Below are positions 53,131 through 64,000 of a DNA stretch of 64,000 nucleotides, in pieces. Position 1 is the stretch's first letter, and the number at the start of each line of letters is the position of its first letter. The notes under the pieces were generated by a model. The model saw only the letters and a list, made by a program, of their open reading frames with translations, searched no databases and was not told the origin of the DNA. Source of the stretch: Lingula anatina. Its lineage: Eukaryota > Animalia > Brachiopoda. The position numbers and the translations under genes were made by a program. The stretch covers positions 12,748,651 to 12,812,650 of the forward strand of contig CM120647.1 of NCBI GenBank assembly GCA_051362555.1, given 5' to 3'.

Positions 53131-56061
53131 GAAGAGATTGAGGCAGCTTTCTCTGTTTTGAAATAATAAAATAATTATGACATAATCTGCTCAGATCATT
53201 TGCCACTGTTGCCAGTCAAAAGTGGCCTGTAAATCCACCTTTTTGTCTGGTACTGATTTGGTTGTAAAGACTGCGGGGTTATCAGCTCTAAACATGTACT
53301 AGTATAGACATACATGTACTTAACACATTCTCTATAATTTCACCTTTATACTCTTAGTAGTTTTATATGAGAAGTAATATTGAAATATATATAGATGTTC
53401 TAAATTTAGGTTTTTATTCCTCTGAGGTTGTTGTGACTTAAGATTAATGTTGTTGATGAAGGTGTCATATGTATAATATTTTACTGATTTTTCTTAAGGT
53501 GTTAATTGCCAATGAAATTCCACATTTCTTATTTGGCTAAAATATAATCAATTCATTTGCCTACAAAAAATTTCATTTTAGATTGAATGGAGCATACAAT
53601 TTTTTTATGATTTTTCAATATTTTAACATTTAATTGTTGATACCAGCTTGTTGGATTTACAAAGTAGCAATATTATCTAATTCATGCTCAAGTTCTGTAA
53701 GTTCAGTTAAGAAGGCTTAAGACTGCAAAAACTAATCAATCTTTCATAAACATGAGAAACATCTAATTGAATTACAGGATGTGGTTTCCTGCAACAGACA
53801 TCAAACCAAAGTGAGAAACCTATTTTCTCTCATAATATATCATATATTATATACATTTCCTTGCTTTAATCCTTTGTCGTCTGCTCCATTTCCAGATTTC
53901 CCAGAAAAATACCAAGATCTAATTTGATTTGAGGAAATAACACCAGAGGACAGTACTGGAGTTCACCAACAGAGGGCACTGCTGAATTTCACCACCAGGT
54001 GTCACCACGCTATAACTCTATATCTACAAGTGAATCCCTTGAGTGGATTTTGCAGGAAATCTTTGCCAAAAACACAGATATTTTGCTTTGTACAAGAAGG
54101 ATAGAAAGGACATGATACATAATGGATTAAGACTTAAATGAATTAAGGAAGACTGGTCGAGCAAAGGGTTAACAAGAATTGTCTTACAGGTAAGAAGTTG
54201 TGTAAATGTGATTATGCAAGATATTAAATAATTTAATGTAACAGGAATTAGTTGATTTAAAATGACTTATTTGAAGGCATTTAATTGCATCCATAAAACC
54301 CATGACAGTTTATTATCTGTTTTTATTACATGAGTTATATTTCCTAGTGCCAAGTCTTGCATTGTATAATATTATGATTGAAAGCACCACAATTTCTGAG
54401 GATAAGATGTTGGAAGTAATCAACTTTTCTCCACAAACTCATTTTTCAGTTACACACTTTTTGAAATTGCATATACAGTCAGCATATATAAGGATTCACA
54501 TCTCTCATCTTTCTGTGTTTTTATATTGATAACAATGTGGATTTCTTTTGATTTGACTTTGCAGTTAAATGGTATTATATGTTGACCCAAAAGCTTAGGC
54601 ACGCATGCACACAAATGCCGAATATCAGGTATTACTTAAAACTAATCCATTTTGAAATGTTATCAAAATGCACTTTGTGTCTGGAGTGGCTAATTAATCT
54701 GGAAGTTGTTGCGCTATTTTCTGAAGTTTCTTACTTTTTGTTGCTGTTTTCTTTCTTTTTGTTGGAGTTCTTCATGGTCTGTGGAACTCCTTGTTATGCA
54801 GGTAGGATAAGATGTAGAAAATTTATTGCATCAGGATTTATAGATATAAAGGAAGTAAATTTGTCAGATTGGAGGAAAAAATGTCTGATTGGAGGGAGAA
54901 AATGTTCTCGATCAATGGAAGGTGCGTTTGCGTGATTACTTTGGAGTGGAAAGGGAAATAAATGTACATGATTGATGGAAAATGAGGCAATTAGGAGCTC
55001 AAGTGTACTAAATTTTCTTTAGATAAAAAGCATGTGTTCTTTCATGTTGAGACATCATTGCCTAACACAAGCAGGGGAGAAGATATTACAATTTAATCTC
55101 AGTTTTTGAATCAATGGATTGTGGCTTTGAGTGCATCTGAGATGTGGAGCTCTTTTGATTAACTTAAAAAAAACATCAGGTGCTGCTTTCAGAAAGCTGC
55201 TGCAGATTTTTAAGACCAAACTTTGAGTTTTCTTAATGACATATAACATAATGACATATAAGATAATTGAGCAGTATCTTAGAATGAGATATTTCCTCTC
55301 AACTCTTATTTATTTAATTGTCTGTGTATGTCATACACACACATATGTAAAATTAGTACTGTAGAGAGTCCGTAAAATTTATCTGTAAACATTTTAGTGG
55401 TCAACAGAGTTGAAAGTAAAGTATTAAATGGAATATTGTGCCTATTGTGCATGGCTGTTGTTATGGACAGATACTTTTAATTATATAAATGTGCATATTC
55501 TTATACAATCGTATGTAACTCTATATTCAGCCAGATGTTTTGAAATCACATCAGATCGACTAGTTTCCATGTTCTGGAGCATCAAATACCCAGCTAAATG
55601 GATTTTCTTTCAATTCTATTTATAAATTCTCATTTCATTAGACTCTCTAATCGCTGTCTAGACTGGGGGAGCTGTATTTGTGTATTGGACTGAGTAAATT
55701 GAACATCAACACCACAGAAATGTGGCTTAGAGCATCCTGTACATGCCTAATAGGAATCCCATACACTTCTTATTATTATTGTACTAGAAAGCAGTTTGCA
55801 CAGTTAGTCATGACTTGCACTGTACTACATGATTTTAGTCCATGCTGAGTTGTGGTCCCCCCCTGCGCCACCACCACCACCATGAATCATGAAAGAGGGG
55901 GAAGACTACATAGACAAGTGTTGTATTCCCCCTCCCCTGATCACTAACACCCAGTGTCAATGTTAAATCCACTCTTTCTTGTACTAGTCTAATAAGTGTT
56001 CATCCAGAAAATTCATTCATGACCTTCATCATTGAGATTTTTTTTTTTTTTTTTTTTTTTA

Positions 56062-56232
56062 ATAACAACCTAACTCAAAAAGTTATGGACAGTTATTATC
56101 AAAATTTTCATGATAAGTCAGAAATGGGTGAACTTAAAATCAGTTAGGTTTGGTGATGCATTAATTGATGAATTAATAATGATTTGGGCTGCTTTGGGAA
56201 GAGTTTTCACTCTCTTGAGTGCTTTTCAAGTT
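56062..56232 (+). mobile_element. Short HINE/DINE-like remnant
   Basis: taactcaaaaagttatggac...aaattttca...tttggtgatg and the 3' hairpin cactctcttgagtgcttttcaagtt. Confidence 0.55.
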
Positions 56233-57008
56233 CATTCATTCATTCAATCATTCATTCATTCTTCCTAGTAAACAAGACCTGAGTCACAGTTTATCTGGTT
56301 TATGAAGCCATTGTCTGCACCAGTCTGTGGTGTAACATTGAGTGCGATGACCTCATTCTCTCCCTCCGAGTCTTTGTTTCTTAGCACACAGTGTATACAG
56401 TTATTAAGTAGTAAATTAAATGGAATGTGGTGCCTAATTTTCACCAAGAAGTGCAAGGCTGATGTTAAGGACAGGTAGTTTGAATTATTTCAATGTACAT
56501 GTTCATATACAATCTGATGTAACTCGGCCAATATCCAGCCATCTGTTTCAAAAGTCTTTGTTTGTTAGTACACAATGTATTGTGTGCTGCAGTGTATCCC
56601 CTGCAAGGACAACAAAGCCCGAGTATTGTGGGGATATTTGTGTGCTATTGTGTTAGTGTAACGTCGTAATATTTGTACCTGGCCTCAGATTCATGCTGGT
56701 GCCAGAACATGGTACAGACACCAGCTGTTTTGTGTGAGTAAACTTATGTAAGAGAGTAAATTTTACTACAAGCAGAGATGTTATTGAATTTTCTAAAAGG
56801 GTGCTGTATGACTGGAGTTGGTTGTATGAAAATATTGGGAGTTTTCGTCCACTTTGAGCAGGTATAAATCAGTTATAGCTCACTATGTCAAAGTGAAGTG
56901 TTGGTATTGTCGTTTCTTCACGTGTTTTAGCAGGTAAGGTTGTGTGTACAGTGTCAGATCTGAAGTTAATATATAATATGTGTGTGTGTGTCTGTGTGTG
57001 TGTGTGTG

Positions 57009-57043
<35 letters not shown>

Positions 57044-57531
57044 TGAGTGAGAGAGAGAGAGAGAGAAGGAAAAATGAGAGAGTGTGGATGTGAGAGAGAA
57101 AAAGAGAGGGAGGAGGCTTATGTGTTTGTCTCCTTGAAGGAAAGGTTACTATCATAGTTACTTCTAGATCACCCATAAAACCTTAATTGATTAAAGAATG
57201 CAGTATATTCAATCTACAGTGCTGATGTGTGTGTGTCTGTATGTGTATGTCACTGTAAGCTGAGGCAGCTTATGGTAACTGCTCATTCCCTCCATAAAAC
57301 CTTAATTTTAAATACGCTAAGGCACTTTCATTCTGCAGTGCAGATGCTTGAAATCCATTTATTTCCAGCATACAATGCAGGATATTGAGTTGTTCAATAA
57401 TCTCTGAGCCCCCTGCTGTTCTTCACCCTGGTATTCAAAGGTTTCTGGAGAACGACCTATGCATGCTGTTAATAGAAAATAGTTTCCAGTAGTCTCTGTA
57501 TCTCAGGGTGTATTATTAATGAACCACATTA

Positions 57532-57817
57532 GAGCGCATTCAGAACAGATGATCAGATAACTGATCCGTGGACTAAATATGGCCGACCCCACCTAAAAGC
57601 AGCACTGCTTCATCCTCTGATGGTCTCCCCACCTCTACACGCGCCATTGATCAGATTAAATCTCAGCTCCGAGGTTTAAATGCAAGGCTCCTACAACGAC
57701 AGGGTGTGTGGCACAGGGAGGCCATCAGGGATGTAGTCAGCGCTGCTTTTAAGTGAGTTGGCTATGTTTAGTCCGCGGGTCTTTTAGTCCAAGGATCAGC
57801 TTGCTCTGAATACCCTC
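57532..57817. mobile_element. Family A-related long-hairpin MITE
   Basis: TTA TSD; ends gagcgcattcagaac / gctctgaataccctc; arms pair imperfectly over ~100 bp. Confidence 0.85.
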
Positions 57818-60800
57818 TTAGATAATATCCCAAGTTTCAAAAATTATTGGATAGGTTGTTAAGTTAAATAACAACCAAAGGCAAAAAAATATATATTCCT
57901 TCTTGGCAGAGGCAACCGGATGAAATTAATATGGCTAGGGTTCAAACTACAGCGAGTACAGTAAGCTGATGAAAATTGATTGGAAACAAGCTTTTTAAAT
58001 TAGCGACCTAACTACAGGCTGTGATTATCATTAGGCTCTAGTTCAGTTGATTAAGACTTCGTCCTGTTTTGAGATATTTGCAAGACTACATTTCCCTTTG
58101 TCCTACTCTCTTTGAAAGAATTTTTTTTTTAACATTTACCCCAGATCATTTCTTTGAGTTTGGTGTGATATTCATGAGATGAATAGATTTTAAATTAACT
58201 AGACTTGGTTGTTTTTTTAGGTGATATAAAGTGATACTTGATTTTTGCATTTGCTTTAGTACAGTACAAATTATCCTGGTAAAACAGTTTTAGGAAGAAG
58301 TTTAGTCATTTGGATTGAATTGATTTTGTTTCCTTTTGTCTCATGTTGTATGAAAAAATTATGGATGATAAAAATTATATAATAAAGTATAGTATGAAGT
58401 ATAAGGACATTTTAAGTGTAACAGCTTGAAATTGATATAGCTTTAAATATTTTTTTACTAAATTATTAGGTCTTCTTTTACTAAGATTAAGCTGTAGATA
58501 GCTCAGATTTGTTGCAGAAAAAAAAATTTAAAATTGTCTAATGACCTAACTTGCAATGGCTCATTTACTCATTGAAAAAAGAAAAAAAATTGTAATCAGT
58601 TGATCTTCTCAGCAGTATGGAGCATATTGAAATAGCATCCCCATTAAGCAATTCAGCTAGGAGTTTGATGTCATGGTTTAAAGAACATATTAAATGGGTT
58701 CTATTTATAGAAAATCACTTTCTAGTTGCGATCATTTTTCACTGCTGCAGGAAACCTTAACAACTATATTAGCATGTTGTTGTGTTCACTGTCAGACTAC
58801 GATATTCTGGAGAAAGGGTGAATGATGTCGTCAGAGGAAAATGTAACAAACAGAACAATGGAATGTCTCACAATATACTGTAATGACTCGGATCTTTTCA
58901 ATATGGAAAATTATGCATCTTAGAGAGAGAGATTTTTTAAAGTCATAGATTCTTAAAAATAGCTTATTCTTTTTGAGTGGTAGAAACGAAACTGATTAAC
59001 AGGCTACCTAATAGTTCTATTGTATGCAGACAAAGCACCACAGATGCTACACAGAAATAAGTTTTAAATAATTTTAAAATTATGTATCTTGAAAATTGTT
59101 AGTTTTTCCTCATTGAAAAGATTGAGCCATTACAGAATATAGTCTGTAGTGTTAACACTGGTTCTTTGAAAAAAGAAGGTAAGATAAAAACTGGACTGGT
59201 CAGTAAAATTGTGTAAAATCTCTTTGGTTCCTGGTCACTGGTTTTCCTTTCAGCCAATAGTTTCTCAACCCCTGGTGCCTCTTTTGGGTAAGAAAGTTTT
59301 TGGCAGTAACTGTTTAAGGATGTGATGATAAAGTTTTTTGAGGATATTTTGTTCCAACTCATTCACACCTTTGCAAGGAGTTTTTTAATGGTATTTCTTG
59401 TACATTGAAATATCTTGTTATATGGACGTGATGGTAAAACTTGGAATTTTTCTTCTTTGCCTTGTAACCAGGACTTTAGGGGGCCTTCCTACAGCACTTG
59501 AAGTGGGGCCCACTCCCAATTAATAGATCCACCCAAACCTGTGGGGACTCTTGCCAAATGCAATCAGATTAACTCTATTTTCGTTTTGAGAGGGCCAAAT
59601 GCACACAAAAGTATATTTACTCCCTGCCTGCTTGAGGATGCTTGTCATGCAGTTAATCTAATTGCATTCATCTATTTTAATCTTCTATCAAAATCTACAT
59701 ATAATTATAGTTTTATTGGGAATGGACCCTTAGGCTGTATAACAGGGGTTCGAAAGCAATTTTGCTATACTTAAATTTCAATTTTACCAGGTGAAGTCCA
59801 TAACTTTTTGTGCTACAGTAGTTTAAAGTTAGTTATTTCTTTCATGTAATTGAGAGCGTTAAAAACCAATAGTGACTATGTTTTAAAGCAATTGGTTTGA
59901 AAGATATGCGTTTTGGGGAAAGGTTGTCTCAAATGCTTTGGTATTTAACTGATTAGAACAAGAAGTTACTTTGCATCAAAGGTTTCTTCAAGAGAAACAA
60001 GATTTTTTGAGACTTTGGAATAGATAAGATTCTGAATGTCAACTTTAAAGAGATTGTGGCACATGGGCTCACTTTTTCAGGTAGTTTCTGCACTGGCACT
60101 ATACCTGTAAAAGTAGTGACAGATTCACTGACATACTAGTACATGTAAGACCTTCGTCTACATTCTGTCTCAACTTCAGACATAGAATGAAAGATAAAGT
60201 ATACCATTATTATTATTATTATTATTATTTATTTTTTTATTTTTTTATTATTATTATTTTTTTTTTTTTTTGCAATAGGTAATACAAATCAACAGCAATT
60301 GAATTATAGGAGAAATAATTCAGAGGATCTCCTTATTAATGCATTATTATAGCTATGTGCTCATTTTTCCCTTTGGTATTAATTTTAGAATCCTACTGCC
60401 AGACTTTCTAAGAACCTTTCAAGTAGAAACCTGAACCACATGAAAGCATCTGCAGTGAACAATATTTCCACATTGGTTGGAAAATCAGACTCGGTGCGTC
60501 ATTGCCTCAAGGAACGGCAATATTTTGAGTGCTAGAGAACTGGAGCAGGAAATAAGTTCTCTCTAAATCACCTAATCAGCGGCATCAGGCAATGCATTCT
60601 GAAAGAGCTCTAAATTGCCATCGTTATCTCACAGTGCACTTGATGATGAATGATCACGAAAAGTCAGCTTGGGTCACAGGAGACTATTGACTTGATCACC
60701 AGACAAAGTGGCTTCTTCAGCTTTGGTCATATTCATTATAAAAACACCGTGGATCTTATGACATCAACAGTATCAAGAACAACACCGAGATAGCACTGTT

Positions 60801-61681
60801 TGTCACTGAACAGTGTAGCAGGCTTCATTCTGTTTGTCTGTGGAGACTAGAAAGTAAAAGTAACAGTCCATTGTAATGTAATTTACAGAAACATATCCTG
60901 GAGAGGAGTGGGTTTCAGCACCATTTACCAGGGAATTGTGAAACTAATGAAGACTTGACATGGAGAGATAATATATACCACATAGACTAGAAATCCATGC
61001 TGCCTTTTGTGACACTTCATTTTCTACATATATTTATCAACGTAGCACATCCTGGGGATTATATAATTGGACATTGTGAGTGGCAGGATTTTTTTCCTGA
61101 TGGTGATAGGATTGTATCCTACTGTTGATAGGATTAAACTCTGCTGATAACAGGATTATATCCTGCAGGACATAGGATCATGACTTATCTGTGATAGGAA
61201 TAAATCCTACGAGTAGTAGGATTATACTGCGCTGACGCCGGAATATATATCACATATCAGACATATAAGACATAACACAGAAGCCTACGTGTCATAGAGA
61301 GGAGCATTACATGTAATAGCAGATGCCAATATGTAATGTATTAATTCTGCTGAATTGTGTTCTGTTACATTAACCGGGACATAATGTGAAGCTTGATGTG
61401 TTTAAAACTCATGGCACAGACGTCATTTTCATTATATTTTCCCATTGCCTGCCCACTGGGATGAGTACTCACCACTGTACCAAACTGGAATTGTGTGTAG
61501 CAGTTAGCTGTTCTGTACATGCAATTCCAGAATCTTGATTAAACTGCTGTATTGGTTGGTCCTGGAGGCAACTTAACCAGATACTGTTACACAATCACAC
61601 AGGAAATTTTCTCCTGTACTCGTTTATTCTCAGGGCTACAGACAGATATTGGGAAATCTTTTAAGTCTTAGAACGCCGTCC

Positions 61682-61776
61682 ATGTCTTCAGATTACGCGT
61701 CAGGAAGTGTAACGTTTGCTCTGCGGGCCACCCAATCGATGAAAATGCGAAGGCGACTGAGTTTACCAATAATTAG
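61682..61776 (+). CDS. TMCC: Probable proximal alternative first coding exon of TMCC (phase 2)
   Basis: CpG-rich patch; MSSDYASGSVTFALRATQSMKMRRRLSLPII; donor TAG|GTAACA; AG+G=Arg joins 62975 in frame. Confidence 0.6.
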
Positions 61777-62974
61777 GTAACAGTTTGTGGTCTTATATAC
61801 CCCCCCCCCCAGGCAACAGCGCTTGATTTTGTATTGATGTCTGAACATGCTTAACATAATTTATCTCTAACTTTCACATGTATTATTATAGCAATTTATT
61901 GTTAATTTGAAGTAAAGCTACCCACATGTTTAACTAAATTTTTGTACATATAAAAATACTTTGGCTTTGCTAAATTATCTATTTCAACCTGGTATAAAAC
62001 AGTTTATAAAGCATAAGGATAGCACTCTTTTTTATATTGATTTTATAATTTTTTACTTTATACAGTCTTTTTTCTTTCAGATAGGTACTTGAATGTTTTG
62101 TGTGTACATGTGAAATATTTGTGTACTGTCATCATCAGTGTGGTAGTGGGAACGGTTGTTGGAAGTTTTGAATTGAGAGAGGGAATATGTGTGTTTATGC
62201 ATGCTCGCACATGTGCGTATGTCTTCACTTTTGGAATCTATGTTGGTCTTTTCCATGTGGGTCATAAATATTTAACTGTGTGTGGATCATATAGTTTAAA
62301 ACTTGAAGTTTGGTGCGTGCATCAAGATTGTGTGTTTAAAGGATTTTGACTGTGAACTTTTATCATGAGTAGGGTACGTAGTGAAGGAGAGAAAATGAAG
62401 CAAAAATGAAAAAAGAAATTACTAGTACATGTATGGTTGATTGTGTTATGCAGCATGTCATACTTGTTCAATCAGTTTTCAGTTGTTTGTGATATGTGTG
62501 CACAGTGGAGAAAACACTTATCTTAGAAGCATTTATCTTGTCCATGTTACATATTTCAAGATCAGTTTACAATAATCTTTGTCTCCGTTTAGGGAAAGTT
62601 TTATGAGTCTAAGATCAATATTGCTGTGTGCTGTTTAATTAAGAGATGATAGATGACATTTTGTGGGGCATGGAGTGCTATCTGGGTCATTTGATGAGAG
62701 ACAAAACAGTCAGTTTTAACACACGAAATCAAAGATGCAGTTTGCGTGTGTACATGTGGGTTTATGATGTTGTATGTGCATATGATATGTTTGTCAGTCT
62801 GTTCAGTGGTTTTTGTGATGATGTTGACACCTCTAATTATATTTGCTTTCATTATGCTTTTATAGAATAATTTTATGAAATAGTTGCTTTACCAATATAA
62901 TGCAATAATTTGATAATGATAAACATCGTAAATGTTGAAATTCATGTACTAAAAAATATTTCTCGCTATTTCAG

Positions 62975-63194
62975 GAAAAAATCAGATGCAGTTAAGCCTC
63001 CTCTCAAACGAAAGAAAAGTCCGCTTACTTTGAAGAAGTCTGGGGAGACAGCCAGTAATGGGGGGTCGGGAGGCAGCGGGGTCGCAGTCAATAGGCCGAG
63101 ATCTGTTAGTGCTGGCGCTAACACTCTGGCTGCCACTTTACCCACTGAAGAGGGCGCCACTCTTAGCCAAGAAGAGCTACAGACGGTAGGAGAG
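62975..63194 (+). CDS. TMCC: TMCC common exon (disordered N-terminal region)
   Basis: Acceptor ctatttcag; KKSDAVKPPLKRKKSPLTLKKSGETASNGGSGGSGVAVNRPRSVSAGANTLAATLPTEEGATLSQEELQTVGE; donor GAG|GTGAGA, phase 0. Confidence 0.85.
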
Positions 63195-63530
63195 GTGAGA
63201 TTGTATTTCTTTGATGTTCACTGTTTTTCATTTTATTTTTGTTTTATTTTCTTTTGAACCCTGATGGTGGTACATTATTTATTCTTAAACCACTATTGGA
63301 AACATCGTATGCTTGATATTTTGGTGTCTGGCGTGGGTGGTTAATTGGTGAAATCTTTAATTCCAACATACTGTGAAAATTTGCCATAAGATACTGTAAC
63401 GAAAAAAACAAAAAAAAAAGATGATGATTGTTTCTGAGGATGTGTGTGAGATTGTCATCATACAAGTGTTTGTTGATTTATTTATTGATATATTTATTTT
63501 AATTTGATTTAATGTTATTCTTATTTACAG

Positions 63531-63699
63531 GACAGCACTGTCTCTTCAGCCAATGGAGGATCAGAGTCCGGCTGGGATGATACGGACACGGCGGCGGGTG
63601 ACGTGGACCCACATCGCACAAAGGCTGCCTGCGAGCACCTGCAGCATAAGATACAGAAAACTAAAGACTTAATTAAGGGAGAACAGGGAGCAAAAGAAA
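63531..63699 (+). CDS. TMCC: TMCC exon, start of coiled-coil domain
   Basis: [31 protein letters not shown] matches recalled TMCC1 [31 protein letters not shown]; canonical splice sites. Confidence 0.95.
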
Positions 63700-63864
63700 G
63701 TAAGAGATTGTGGGAAATTTGGATGATTTTTTTTTTAATTCAGCATAGAAGTTTGACAAAATTAAATAGTTTAAGAAAAACGCGAAGTGAAAAAAAGTCA
63801 GAACCATGGAAAGAGCTTGTGGGAAAATTGGATGATATGAACATGATATTTTATTTATTTCCAG

Positions 63865-64000
63865 AGAATGTAAATGAATACCTCAAACTCGCCTCTGGTG
63901 CCGACAAGCAACAGGTTCAGCGGATAAAAACGGTCTTCGAGAAGAAGAACCAGAAATCAGCACAAAGTATTGCGCAGTTGCAAAAGAAACTGGAAAGTTA
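63865..64000 (+). CDS. TMCC: TMCC exon, coiled-coil domain (truncated by window end)
   Basis: [45 protein letters not shown] matches the TMCC family signature [38 protein letters not shown]. Confidence 0.97.

Noticed and set aside
60636-60712. C/D snoRNA-like stretch (ATGATGA with terminal stem); similar one at ~47112
   Set aside because: No canonical CTGA D box at the expected position (CCAGA instead) and no recognisable rRNA guide.

Overview
AT-rich, microsatellite-laden animal genomic DNA; the repeat landscape resembles a marine invertebrate such as an echinoderm, but the species cannot be determined. Two spliced genes diverge. On the minus strand is the 5' end of a LOTUS-domain TDRD7-like germ-granule gene, with four phase-compatible coding exons between 2652 and 444 that run off the left edge. 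On the plus strand is a long TMCC-family (transmembrane and coiled-coil, ER-shaping) gene whose conserved coiled-coil exons lie at 62975-64000 and run off the right edge. They are preceded by about 50 kb of introns holding several phase-compatible upstream or alternative first coding exons. The rest is non-autonomous mobile DNA: a 2-kb Helentron/DINE-1-type element with internal 161-bp and ~340-bp tandem repeats, at least 10 PIF/Harbinger-like hairpin MITEs (one nested in another), an inverted pair of MITEs with 5-bp target-site duplications (TSDs), a 9-bp-TSD foldback, a tRNA-derived SINE and minisatellites. I found no prokaryote-type system, CRISPR array, transposase ORF or structural RNA gene. 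The most interesting signals are the modular, phospho-motif-rich TMCC N-termini with unusual splice signals, and the transposon architecture. All exon calls are by eye and need RNA-seq confirmation.
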